Positions 38,069 to 46,801 of a stretch of 64,000 nucleotides of DNA are shown here, one piece after another. The notes beneath the pieces are model-generated. The model was not told where the DNA came from. It saw only the letters and a program-made list of their open reading frames with translations, and searched no databases. Origin of the DNA: Candidatus Micrarchaeota archaeon (GTDB lineage: Archaea > Micrarchaeota > Micrarchaeia > Anstonellales > Anstonellaceae). The position numbers and the translations under genes were made by a program. Each line of letters opens with the position of its first letter. Position 1 is the first letter of the stretch. The stretch lies in the NCBI GenBank assembly GCA_026413765.1, contig JAOAKI010000004.1:97513-161512 (forward strand), read 5' to 3'.

Positions 38069-38893
38069 ATGCATTTAGTTGTTGTGGATCCTGGGCATGG
38101 AGGGAAAGACCCCGGAGCGGTGAGAGGAAAGGCAAAGGAAGCCGCTTTAGTCAGGCTAATTTCTTTCAAGCTGATGGATAAGCTGTATAGAGAAGGAAAA
38201 GTAAAAGCAAGAACGAGCTTTGATTTATGCGGAAAAGACATCTTAAATGACACATGGCCAGCCAAACAACGCAGGATAGAACTATCAGAGCATAGTAAGA
38301 AAGTCGAGCAGATAGACTATATTTTCAGCATACATTTGAATTCATCAACTATTCCGTCTGATTCTGGACTTATAGTCTGCTATAACAAAAACAGAAATGA
38401 CGCTGAAATGTTTTATCAAAAAGTTATTGGTCACCTTGAAAGCATTGGCATTGATTTGCGCGGAAACAGAAAGCTTCCATTGGTCAAAAGGCCAGATTTG
38501 GCTATTCTTAAAGCCTCTTTATCCAGGATTCTTATGGATGGGCTGGGAAGCCAAAATGCATTTGAAGAGGTAGCAAAGAAAATTGATACATTTATGAAGG
38601 AACTTTCAAAAAAGGCAGACACTGATATTCCAAACCTCATCAAATCTACTCTATTCCCAGCTTCCTTACCGAATGCTCAGATTTTGTATGATATAGAAAA
38701 CCATCTGAATTTGGCTCTTGGCGAAAGCTATGAAACAATGCTTGTTTCTGGAAGCAACAAAAAGCAAATTTCAGCCTTGCTTGTTGAAGTCGGTTTCATC
38801 AGCAACCCAACCGACCTGAAAGTTATAACAGAAAAACCAACCGCAATCGCGGAGGCTATTGGAGAAGGCATTTATAAAGTTGTCCTCAGGTGA
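38069..38893 (+). CDS. N-acetylmuramoyl-L-alanine amidase (Amidase_3 family) with internal insertion; alternative start 38048
   Basis: VVVDPGHGGKDPGA, KE, FSIHLNS, LAIL, LLVEVGFISNPTD (Zn ligands H/E/H and catalytic E). Confidence 0.85.
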   Translation: MHLVVVDPGHGGKDPGAVRGKAKEAALVRLISFKLMDKLYREGKVKARTSFDLCGKDILNDTWPAKQRRIELSEHSKKVEQIDYIFSIHLNSSTIPSDSGLIVCYNKNRNDAEMFYQKVIGHLESIGIDLRGNRKLPLVKRPDLAILKASLSRILMDGLGSQNAFEEVAKKIDTFMKELSKKADTDIPNLIKSTLFPASLPNAQILYDIENHLNLALGESYETMLVSGSNKKQISALLVEVGFISNPTDLKVITEKPTAIAEAIGEGIYKVVLR

Positions 38894-39057
38894 CATGGAT
38901 TTTGATTAACGTCCCAAGCTTTCCTACTGGCAAGCTCGCAACATTTATCTTCATAAAATCACCTTAGCGGAATTGCTGGCTTTTTTGCGAGCTTTTTAAA
39001 TTTCACAAGCAGTGCATGCCGCTCAAAAATGCAACAACTAACAAAGAAAGCAGATTG

Positions 39058-39948
39058 CTAGGCAGACTCGTTGATTTTTTTGATCAAATCCATAGCAAGT
39101 TTTTCGGCTTCTTCCTTTCTTACTTTTGCTCCGCCAACTGCAAAATGTCCCCCTCCGCCCATCTCTTTCATGGCTTTGCCTATGTTGAAGTTGCTTTTGG
39201 CTCCATAAACATTGTGACCAGCCGATATTTTGATATGCACCCCATCTTCTTCGCCGGGCAAAAGCCGAACGCTTGCCAGAACATCTGGAAAAAGTGAATA
39301 GATGAAATAGTTATTCCCACGCGGAATGTTTTCAACCTGCCTCAAATCTGAATAGGCGACTTTGCCAATTATCTTAGTGTTATTCAGCAGGATGTCTTTC
39401 AGAATCTCAAGGTCTGAAAAAACCTTCTGGCTTCTTTTTGCAACCCTTTCATCTGACAAAATAGAGTGTATGTCTGGGTTCTTTCTTATCAACTCAATCA
39501 CGTGCCTTCGATAATCGTCATCTTCTTTCTTTGGGGCGCTTGTTTCAAGCGTATTTGACAAAAGGAACCACCCTTTAGGATTTTTTGCTTCATCCAAAGG
39601 AACTTGCCCAGAATCGATTTTGTTTACTTCCGACAATAGTTCTTTGTATTTGTCCAAATATGGATTATCTGCCCAATCATAGATGACTTGAGCACAAGAT
39701 GGCGCAATTTTCCAAAGACCTGCAAATTTTGTGCCTTCTTTTGGTTTGTTGCTTTCGTGATGGTCAAACCACATGCCACAGCGCTTGTCATAAGGCAGGT
39801 CTGCCAAAATATCAAATTTGGTGATCTGGACTCGGCCCGATTGGATATTTGCCGGGTCTATAAAGAGAATTTCATCTATCTCTTCAACTTCGACTAGGAA
39901 AACAGCTGAGACAACCCCGTCAAAATCAGTATGTGTGTACAGCCGCAC
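39058..39948 (-). CDS. DHH family phosphoesterase
   Basis: HTDFDG, ADLP, FDHH, GGGGHFAVGG (DHHA1). Confidence 0.85.
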   Translation of the reverse strand: MRLYTHTDFDGVVSAVFLVEVEEIDEILFIDPANIQSGRVQITKFDILADLPYDKRCGMWFDHHESNKPKEGTKFAGLWKIAPSCAQVIYDWADNPYLDKYKELLSEVNKIDSGQVPLDEAKNPKGWFLLSNTLETSAPKKEDDDYRRHVIELIRKNPDIHSILSDERVAKRSQKVFSDLEILKDILLNNTKIIGKVAYSDLRQVENIPRGNNYFIYSLFPDVLASVRLLPGEEDGVHIKISAGHNVYGAKSNFNIGKAMKEMGGGGHFAVGGAKVRKEEAEKLAMDLIKKINESA

Positions 39949-39951
39949 GCA

Positions 39952-40599
39952 TCACCACCAATTCATAAGAGTTTCTTTTATTTGGCTCTGGATTTGAGGC
40001 GGCACGACATTTGGTCCTCTTGCTTCAAACCAATTGATTCTTCTTATTGGAGATATGCCGCAAAATTCGAGCGTGCCCTTATCAACCATATTCTCAACAG
40101 CCCTGCCAAACAGATTATAGCCTGCCTTATTTCCGCCAAAAGTGTTGACAATTAATGCTTTTTTGCCGATCAACTTCTTTTCTACAGGCAACCTTCTTAC
40201 TATAAAAGGGTATAAAGGCTTCTGCAGGCAAAGCCATTCTATTACACCTTCTGCAAACTTTGGAAAACGCGGCTGCCGCTTGAAATTATATGCAAATCCT
40301 GATGTAAAAACGCGGTCAAAAAACCCTTTAAGGATGGCAGGCGGACCGTACCACCAGATTGGAAAAATAAAAATGAGTATATCTGCTTGCATTATCTTAT
40401 TTTGGTATTTTTTGATGTCAGAGCTTATTTTTTCTTCACTGTATTCTTCCAAAGTCAGCAATGGAGAAAAACCTTCTTTGTAAAGATCGATTATGTCAAG
40501 CTTTTTTCCTGCCTCTTTGTATAGATCCTGCACAAAACTGAGCACTGCCGCATTATGGCTATTTTTAGGATCTGGATGCGAATAGATGACAATGTCCAA
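39952..40599 (-). CDS. Flavodoxin-like NAD(P)H:quinone oxidoreductase (Flavodoxin_2 family); likely TTG start
   Basis: YSHPDPKNSHN, DLYKEGFSP, FPIWWYGPPAILKGFFDRVF. Confidence 0.85.
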   Translation of the reverse strand: MDIVIYSHPDPKNSHNAAVLSFVQDLYKEAGKKLDIIDLYKEGFSPLLTLEEYSEEKISSDIKKYQNKIMQADILIFIFPIWWYGPPAILKGFFDRVFTSGFAYNFKRQPRFPKFAEGVIEWLCLQKPLYPFIVRRLPVEKKLIGKKALIVNTFGGNKAGYNLFGRAVENMVDKGTLEFCGISPIRRINWFEARGPNVVPPQIQSQIKETLMNWW

Positions 40600-40658
40600 A
40601 CTACCACCCCTATAAATGAGTAGTGTTTGTTTTAAAACCATTCTTCTTCTTAAGTCGC

Positions 40659-41549
40659 ATGAATTTTTTTGAAAGGCTTTTCATTGCGATACGCCTTCCA
40701 TTCATGGTTGCAAGCATGTTGCCTGCCTTTGCTGCTGCTGCGTTGGCGTTCTATGATGGAGGCTTTAGCTTGCCTGTGTTTTTGGCTATCGCAATTGCCA
40801 TATTTTTTTCTCATGCAGCAACAAACCTGGCAAACGACTATTTTGATTTCAAAGAGGGCAATTACCCGCCTAAAAAAACTGGGCCAACAGGCGGAAGCTT
40901 TGCAATACAAAATAAGCTGTTCAGCCCGCAGCAAATAATCGCGATGGCAGCGCTATTTTTTGCATTTTCGATTGTGCTTTTTTATGCAGTGTCCACATTT
41001 ACCGGATATAAAGAACTATTTCTGCTTGGCTTGGCAGGCAACTTTATAGGAATTGCATATAGTATGCCGCCTTTTAAATTAAGCTACAGAAATCTGGGAG
41101 AAATTGCGACATTTTTAGGAATGGGCCCAATTTTAGTTTCTACTGTCTATCTTTCGCAAACTGGCACAATAACTCTTGGCGCGCTCATGCTTTCGATATT
41201 TTTTGGCCTTCTTGTTTCCAATATTCTTCTTGCTGCTCAAATTCCTGATATTGAAATTGACAAAAAAACAAAAAAGAACACAATTGCATCTGTTTGGGGC
41301 GAGAAAGTTTTGGCGCAAAGCTTTCTTTTCTCTGCTTTTCTTGGAGCATTTGCTTTGCTTATTTCAGTACTTTACAATATTTTACCAGCTGGCAGCCTCT
41401 TAGGTGTGCTCAGCACTATTGCATCAGTAGAAGCAGTTAAAAAGATGACTTCTAAAAAGCATATCGGAGCGATACAAGATTCGCTTCTTGCTTTGCAGAT
41501 TGGCAGCATTCTTGTTGTAATAGGAATACTAACGGGGGTGATATGGTGA
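40659..41549 (+). CDS. UbiA-superfamily prenyltransferase, MenA-like
   Basis: NLANDYFDFKEG, YSMPPFKLSYRNLGE, IPDIEIDKKTKKNTI; multi-TM. Confidence 0.85.
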   Translation: MNFFERLFIAIRLPFMVASMLPAFAAAALAFYDGGFSLPVFLAIAIAIFFSHAATNLANDYFDFKEGNYPPKKTGPTGGSFAIQNKLFSPQQIIAMAALFFAFSIVLFYAVSTFTGYKELFLLGLAGNFIGIAYSMPPFKLSYRNLGEIATFLGMGPILVSTVYLSQTGTITLGALMLSIFFGLLVSNILLAAQIPDIEIDKKTKKNTIASVWGEKVLAQSFLFSAFLGAFALLISVLYNILPAGSLLGVLSTIASVEAVKKMTSKKHIGAIQDSLLALQIGSILVVIGILTGVIW

Positions 41550-41962
41550 AAAAAGTAGAATATACAAAAGAAGATTGGGGGTTGCTGGCATTAAGATTGA
41601 TTTTTGTAGCATTCATGCTGCATGGAATCCAAAAATTTACTTCTCTTGATGGAACTGCACAATTTTTTGAGAAAATCGGAATACCTGCTCCGTATATCAT
41701 GGCTCCGATTGTTGCTTTTGTTGAAACGTTTGGCAGCCTTGCGATAATTTTGGGGATTGGCACATCAATTGCAGCGCCTTTGCTTGCATTCGTAATGTTT
41801 GTTGCAATCTTGACTGCTCATTTAGGAAGCATGTTGGCCAAAGGTTTTCCTTTTGGCCTTCTGGGAGGAGAATTGCCATTGGCAAACATGCTTGCATCAA
41901 TAGCAATCATGTTGCTTGGACCAGGAAAAATAAGCTTGGAAGAGCAATTAAAGAAAAAGTAA
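41543..41962 (+). CDS. DoxX family membrane protein
   Basis: LLALRL..FMLHGIQK, E...LAIILGIGT, GGEL, GPGKISLE. Confidence 0.88.
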   Translation: MVKKVEYTKEDWGLLALRLIFVAFMLHGIQKFTSLDGTAQFFEKIGIPAPYIMAPIVAFVETFGSLAIILGIGTSIAAPLLAFVMFVAILTAHLGSMLAKGFPFGLLGGELPLANMLASIAIMLLGPGKISLEEQLKKK

Positions 41963-41970
41963 ACTCTCAA

Positions 41971-42002
41971 TTTTAGTCTTTTTTCTTTTTTTTAGCATTT
42001 TT
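41971..42002 (+). terminator. Oligo-T archaeal-type terminator after the menA-like/doxX genes
   Basis: ttttagtcttttttcttttttttagcattttt immediately after the stop codon. Confidence 0.45.
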
Positions 42003-42616
42003 GGCCTATTTATGAAATAAAGAGTATAAAACTAAAATAAATTTAGAATTACTAACATATATTTTGAAAAATTTGGATCTGCCATTTTTTGATGAAAACG
42101 AAGAAAGAAAAATCCAAAACTTTGCCAAATTCTTAAAATAACTTGAATTTTCAATGAACAGCAGTTAATCTAAAAGCAAAAAAATACCATATAAGAAAAC
42201 TGCAAAAATAATTTTAAAACTGATAAAGTAAACCATATATGAAAGAGTTTATGCAACTTTTTTTCTCTGGTTTCTCGTCACAATATTTATTGACATTTTT
42301 TGATGCAACAGGCTTGCTTGTGAGCAAAAACTTGGCAAAAAAATGGAAATAGCATAATTTTTTGCACTTTTGGTATACCAAAATGAGATTATTAACTAGA
42401 TTGGTATACTAATAAGATGTTAAAATATTTTAACATAATTTAAGATGATTTGTTTTGATTGAAAAGAAATAGCACGTGGTTAACTTGGATTCTACAATTT
42501 CTTACAGTCAATCAAGAACATTAAAGCAAAAAAAGCGAATAATTTTTAGGAAACAAATATTCTTAGTATCTTTTAGTTTTGCTAATATATTTTTAGAAAA
42601 TTTAGGATATATTAAG

Positions 42617-43228
42617 CTAGCGCCCATCAATGTCTTTATTGGCACTATATGTAAGCAAAGGACCATATTTTCTAGAACTGATTAAATAATAATCAAATAC
42701 AAGGCTTATTGCATGAACAGCATGAAAAACTACATGTGCTTCTTGTGTATCTTTAAAATCTGCAATTGAGGCCGCCTCAATTAAAATTTTATTTAGTCTC
42801 TGCCTGAATTCAAGCAGAAAATTTTCAACTTCATGATTCTCATAGCTTGAAAATGAAGGAAAAGCAGGCAGGCGGTTTTTTGAGCTTTCTATAAATGAAT
42901 TGAATCTGTTTCCATAAAATGGAAAGCCAGGCAAGCTTGCTATTTTTATCATATAATATGCAAAATCTGTGACTTCTTTTTGGGCAGGGATGGGAATGCC
43001 TGAATTCTGAATGGATTTGATGATAGCAAAAACTACTTTTTTGTATATCTGGGTAAACTGCTTGCGATTGTTGCATAGGTGCTGCTTTTCTTCCAACTTC
43101 AAATCTATATTCAAATTCTTATCAATGAGCGGCTGCTTGTTTCTTACTACTGCCAAATCAACTTTGTATATGCGTTGCAGTTTTATGGCTTGAATGTTTG
43201 CAAACCTAAAAATTACATGGCTATCCAT
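42617..43228 (-). CDS. Hypothetical protein (203 aa)
   Basis: Starts 3 nt after the upstream stop with SD-like GGAGGG; no recognised motif. Confidence 0.55.
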   Translation of the reverse strand: MDSHVIFRFANIQAIKLQRIYKVDLAVVRNKQPLIDKNLNIDLKLEEKQHLCNNRKQFTQIYKKVVFAIIKSIQNSGIPIPAQKEVTDFAYYMIKIASLPGFPFYGNRFNSFIESSKNRLPAFPSFSSYENHEVENFLLEFRQRLNKILIEAASIADFKDTQEAHVVFHAVHAISLVFDYYLISSRKYGPLLTYSANKDIDGR

Positions 43229-43231
43229 AAT

Positions 43232-44359
43232 TTAACCCTCCTTAATGAAATGTTTCAAATCTGCAAGCAGCAGTTTTCTTAGCAAAACTGGGTCAGAAGT
43301 GAACAATGGCTTGATCGTCTCTGCTGCTTTTTTGTAGCCGTGCATATAAAGCCAATTTGAAAAGTCATCTCGCGAAGCATGCGCAATTAAGGATGCATCG
43401 TCAATTTTTTCTATATATTCACACAATTCAGCTAGGTTTTTTGCCCTTCCAATTTCTATCCCAGAAGGGGTTCTGAAAATGAAATCCCCAAAACCAAAAA
43501 AATCGCGCAAAATGTCCCCCACTTTCTTGAAAAGGAGAGGATCGGACTTGCTGATGACGAATCCGATGTGTTTTTCGCTGGCTTTCTGCAACTTTTCTTG
43601 CGCACCAGACTGGAAAATTATCGGAACTGTTTTGTTGTATGCCCTAAGCATTTTGGCAAGCTCGAAACTAAGTTCGATATTGCGGAGCCCCAAAATTGCT
43701 CCTGCAAACCTGTTCTTGCCTTCAATAATGAATTTTTCTGCTTCAGAGTATTCTCTGGCAAGAAGAATATGTGCCCTTTTTTCGTTGAGCTTGAAAAGTT
43801 CAACCAGATAACCGGAGTAATAGTTTGGTTTGCTCTCAAAAATCAGAATAAGCCTTTCATTGTCCAACTTATAGTTTAGTTTACTTTCGTGCAATTCAAC
43901 CATCGCAGGAAAAATCTCTGCCTGGCCGGTATATTGGAAAACATAATCAATTTTTGGAATAACGACATTAGGGTCAAACCCCCTATCCTTGACGAACTCT
44001 GCAAACTTTTCTAGGCTGCCACAGCAATAGAGATTGCTTGTGATGAGGGCGAAGGCTGCATTGGAATACTCTTTGACATCAATTGCGATTTGTTCGCCTT
44101 TGTATGGGCGGTCATCCCCAATATCGCTAATGACTATTGTGCGCCCGTCTGCGCCCCTGATTTTTTCGATTAACTCAGGCAAGACTTCTTCCCTTGTGCG
44201 CTTCTGAGTTGTCCCGCTTTTTACTGTCAAGATGCTTTCAACTTGGATTTTTCTCCACAGGATTGATTCCAATTCGGCGCGTATTTTCTGGGTCTCCCTA
44301 AGCGGCCCAATAACTACTGCCTTCTGGACCTGTATAACATTTGAGACATTATTTTGCAT
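43232..44359 (-). CDS. Receiver-like/DUF5752-like protein matching the N-terminal half of bacterial receiver-PEP-synthase-like fusions
   Basis: IDYVF, ILIFESKPNYYSGYL, ILLAREYSEA, VPIIFQS, FGFGDFIFRTP..AKNLAEL..IDDASLIAHASRDDFSNWL. Confidence 0.7.
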   Translation of the reverse strand: MQNNVSNVIQVQKAVVIGPLRETQKIRAELESILWRKIQVESILTVKSGTTQKRTREEVLPELIEKIRGADGRTIVISDIGDDRPYKGEQIAIDVKEYSNAAFALITSNLYCCGSLEKFAEFVKDRGFDPNVVIPKIDYVFQYTGQAEIFPAMVELHESKLNYKLDNERLILIFESKPNYYSGYLVELFKLNEKRAHILLAREYSEAEKFIIEGKNRFAGAILGLRNIELSFELAKMLRAYNKTVPIIFQSGAQEKLQKASEKHIGFVISKSDPLLFKKVGDILRDFFGFGDFIFRTPSGIEIGRAKNLAELCEYIEKIDDASLIAHASRDDFSNWLYMHGYKKAAETIKPLFTSDPVLLRKLLLADLKHFIKEG

Positions 44360-44429
44360 AACCTCACTTTGAGATTGTTATAAAATATATACGAAAGTGA
44401 TTAAATACTTTTTGAACAATATTCAGCCA

Positions 44430-46223
44430 ATGATTTTGGTCCGTTTCAAGGATTATCCGCACAAGATTGTCAATGAAATAAAAAGCAGTGTAAGAGTGCC
44501 TGCGTTTAACTATTATTTTGGCGGCCGCGAAGGCGGAAAAGTCGCGGGCCTAAAGGATTTTGCAGCAGCATTGGAAGGAAACCAGCATCGTCTTGAGAAA
44601 GAATTTGACCGGAATGTCTACTTTGCATGCCCAAAAACATCTGTCCTTCAGACAAGCTTATTTGAATCATACATGGACAAAAACGACTTGTGGAAAGAAG
44701 TCGAAAAGCGATTGCCGGAAAAAGAGCTTGAAGCAAAATTCCTGCGCGGCAGTTTCACAGACAAAGAACGGGAGACATTAAAATTCATACTAAACGACCT
44801 GAATAGCGGGCACATCCGCCCGATTGTGGTTCGGTCTTCTAGCCTAAATGAGGATGCGGAGCGTGCCTCGTTTGCAGGAATCTACCGGTCAGTGTTGCTT
44901 CCAAATTGCCATCCAGACGATGAAGTAAGATTAAGGCAATTTGAAACTGCAATAAAGCTTGTCTTTGCAAGTGTATTTTCGGATGCTGCCATAAAGTATA
45001 GACAGCGAAAAAACATACCTGAAGGCAGCGAACGCATGGCAATAGCCCTGCAGAATATGGTGGGGCGGCTATGGAAGCTTAAAGATGGCTCGCCGATTTA
45101 CCATCCAGAGCTTTCATTTGCGGCTTTTTCATACAATGATTACCCAATTGGCGGCGCCAGCCCGAAAGAGGGAGTGGCACGAATTGCATTTGGATTGGGA
45201 GAAGGTGTTGTCGAAAATGATGCTCAAACTGCAGTGAAAGTTCAGCTTGGAAGGCCGCTTACGATATATGAAATGTATGATGCCAAGCAAGCTGCAAAAG
45301 TTGCTCCGCGCTACTTTTATGCCCTTGAATTTAAAGCTGATGAAAAAATGCCAGCTAAAGAGGACAGCTACCTGTTGAAACTTCCTATTGAAAAGCATGA
45401 AAATGAAGACATGATTTCACGGCATCGGATGTTTTACTATGAAGATGGCTTTCATTACTATCCTCCAAGAGAGAATTCTTTTGCAATTGGGCTTTTTACT
45501 TTCACAAATGTCATCAAAGGCAAATTTGGAAATAATTTGATAAAGGTAATTGCATTCCTAAACCGGCTCTTGCAGGAATATTTCGGGGTTTATGTGGACT
45601 TTGAAGGTGCGGTTGACTTCATCAAACGGCCAGACGGCAATGTTGCAACTGTCATTTATGTGCTGCAGGCCCGCCCACAAGTAAGAGGCGATCTTGCAAG
45701 AGTTAAGAAATTGCCGACGATAGATGAAAGCAAGGTATTGATGAAGTTGCAAGGCGTGATTGGAAAAGGGAGGCAGGAATTTGGACACTTAATTTTGGTA
45801 AAACGAGAAGAGTTCAACCATAAAACATCTTACAAGCTCGGACAAATAATAAGGGAGATGAATAGCTCTCTTTCTTTACTTGAAGAAGAAGGCAAATATC
45901 TGCTTGTTGTGCCGGGCAGGATTGGCTCGCGCGACCCATCGCTTGGTATACAATGCGATTTTTCACACATAAACCATGCGGTTGGAATCATAGAACTGAT
46001 AGAAGGAGATTGGGTCCCATCACAAGGAACACACATGTTTGAGGCAATCGTTGGGGCGGGCATGACGCTGGGACATTACCGAACAGAAAAATTTGACGCC
46101 GGAAAATTGGAGAAATTTGGAGAATTAGTGCATGAGAAAGAAGGCGTGCTGCACTATGTGTTTGGCAAGCCCATGAATCTCACAGTTGACGAAGATGGAA
46201 ATGGGATAATATATCAATCTTAA
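44430..46223 (+). CDS. PEP/pyruvate-binding (PPDK_N, ATP-grasp) domain protein lacking the pyruvate-binding barrel
   Basis: GGKVAGL, PIVVRSSSLNEDAERASFAGIY, VFASVFS, MAIALQNMVG, AFGLGEGVV, VDFEGA, YVLQARP; C-terminal PGRIGSRDP...PSQGTH. Confidence 0.85.
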   Translation: MILVRFKDYPHKIVNEIKSSVRVPAFNYYFGGREGGKVAGLKDFAAALEGNQHRLEKEFDRNVYFACPKTSVLQTSLFESYMDKNDLWKEVEKRLPEKELEAKFLRGSFTDKERETLKFILNDLNSGHIRPIVVRSSSLNEDAERASFAGIYRSVLLPNCHPDDEVRLRQFETAIKLVFASVFSDAAIKYRQRKNIPEGSERMAIALQNMVGRLWKLKDGSPIYHPELSFAAFSYNDYPIGGASPKEGVARIAFGLGEGVVENDAQTAVKVQLGRPLTIYEMYDAKQAAKVAPRYFYALEFKADEKMPAKEDSYLLKLPIEKHENEDMISRHRMFYYEDGFHYYPPRENSFAIGLFTFTNVIKGKFGNNLIKVIAFLNRLLQEYFGVYVDFEGAVDFIKRPDGNVATVIYVLQARPQVRGDLARVKKLPTIDESKVLMKLQGVIGKGRQEFGHLILVKREEFNHKTSYKLGQIIREMNSSLSLLEEEGKYLLVVPGRIGSRDPSLGIQCDFSHINHAVGIIELIEGDWVPSQGTHMFEAIVGAGMTLGHYRTEKFDAGKLEKFGELVHEKEGVLHYVFGKPMNLTVDEDGNGIIYQS

Positions 46224-46249
46224 TTGTTTTCTGCCATTAATTTTGTTTT

Positions 46250-46801
46250 ATGAGGGTAATATTGGCAAGCAGGTCGGCAAGAAGAAAGCGGCTGTTAAAA
46301 AAGTTGTTCAAAAAATTTTTGGTGGTTCCAGCGGATATAGACGAAAAAATCAAAAATTGTGAAAATCCAATCCAAGCAGCAAAAAGATTGGCGTTTCTAA
46401 AAGCAAAAAAAGTCGCAAAAAAGTACAAAAGCGCCATTGTAATAGGGGCAGACACCGTCGTATACGTGGGTAAAAAAATCTATGGAAAGGCAAAAACCAA
46501 ACAAGAGGCCAGAAAAATGCTCATTGAGCTCAGCAGAAGGGCACATGACGTGGCCACAGGCGTTGCAATCTTTTATCCTGGAAAGAAAGCAAAGGTTTTT
46601 GTTTCGAAAGCAAAAGTAAAGCTAAATTTTGCAAATGATAAATTGCTTGAAGAGTACCTTCGAACAAATGAATGGAAAGGAAGAGCCGGCTGCTATGATA
46701 TCTCAGGGGCTGCAAGAAATTTTGCTGCCTTGGTCAGCGGCGAAAAAGAGACAGTAATTGGTCTCCCATTAAGAAAGCTGAGGACGTTTCTCAAGACCTA
46801 A
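46250..46801 (+). CDS. maf: Maf family nucleoside triphosphate pyrophosphatase
   Basis: ILASRSARRKRLL, DIDE, IGADTVV, GK, RAGCY, VIGLPL. Confidence 0.9.
   Translation: MRVILASRSARRKRLLKKLFKKFLVVPADIDEKIKNCENPIQAAKRLAFLKAKKVAKKYKSAIVIGADTVVYVGKKIYGKAKTKQEARKMLIELSRRAHDVATGVAIFYPGKKAKVFVSKAKVKLNFANDKLLEEYLRTNEWKGRAGCYDISGAARNFAALVSGEKETVIGLPLRKLRTFLKT

Noticed and set aside
41963-42616. CRISPR array or leader in the AT-rich gap
   Set aside because: There are no regularly spaced direct repeats with unique spacers, and no cas genes in the window.
42476-42685. 69-aa + strand ORF at the edge of the AT-rich region
   Set aside because: GTG start without a clear SD, low-complexity AT-driven composition, and overlap with the convergent ORF.
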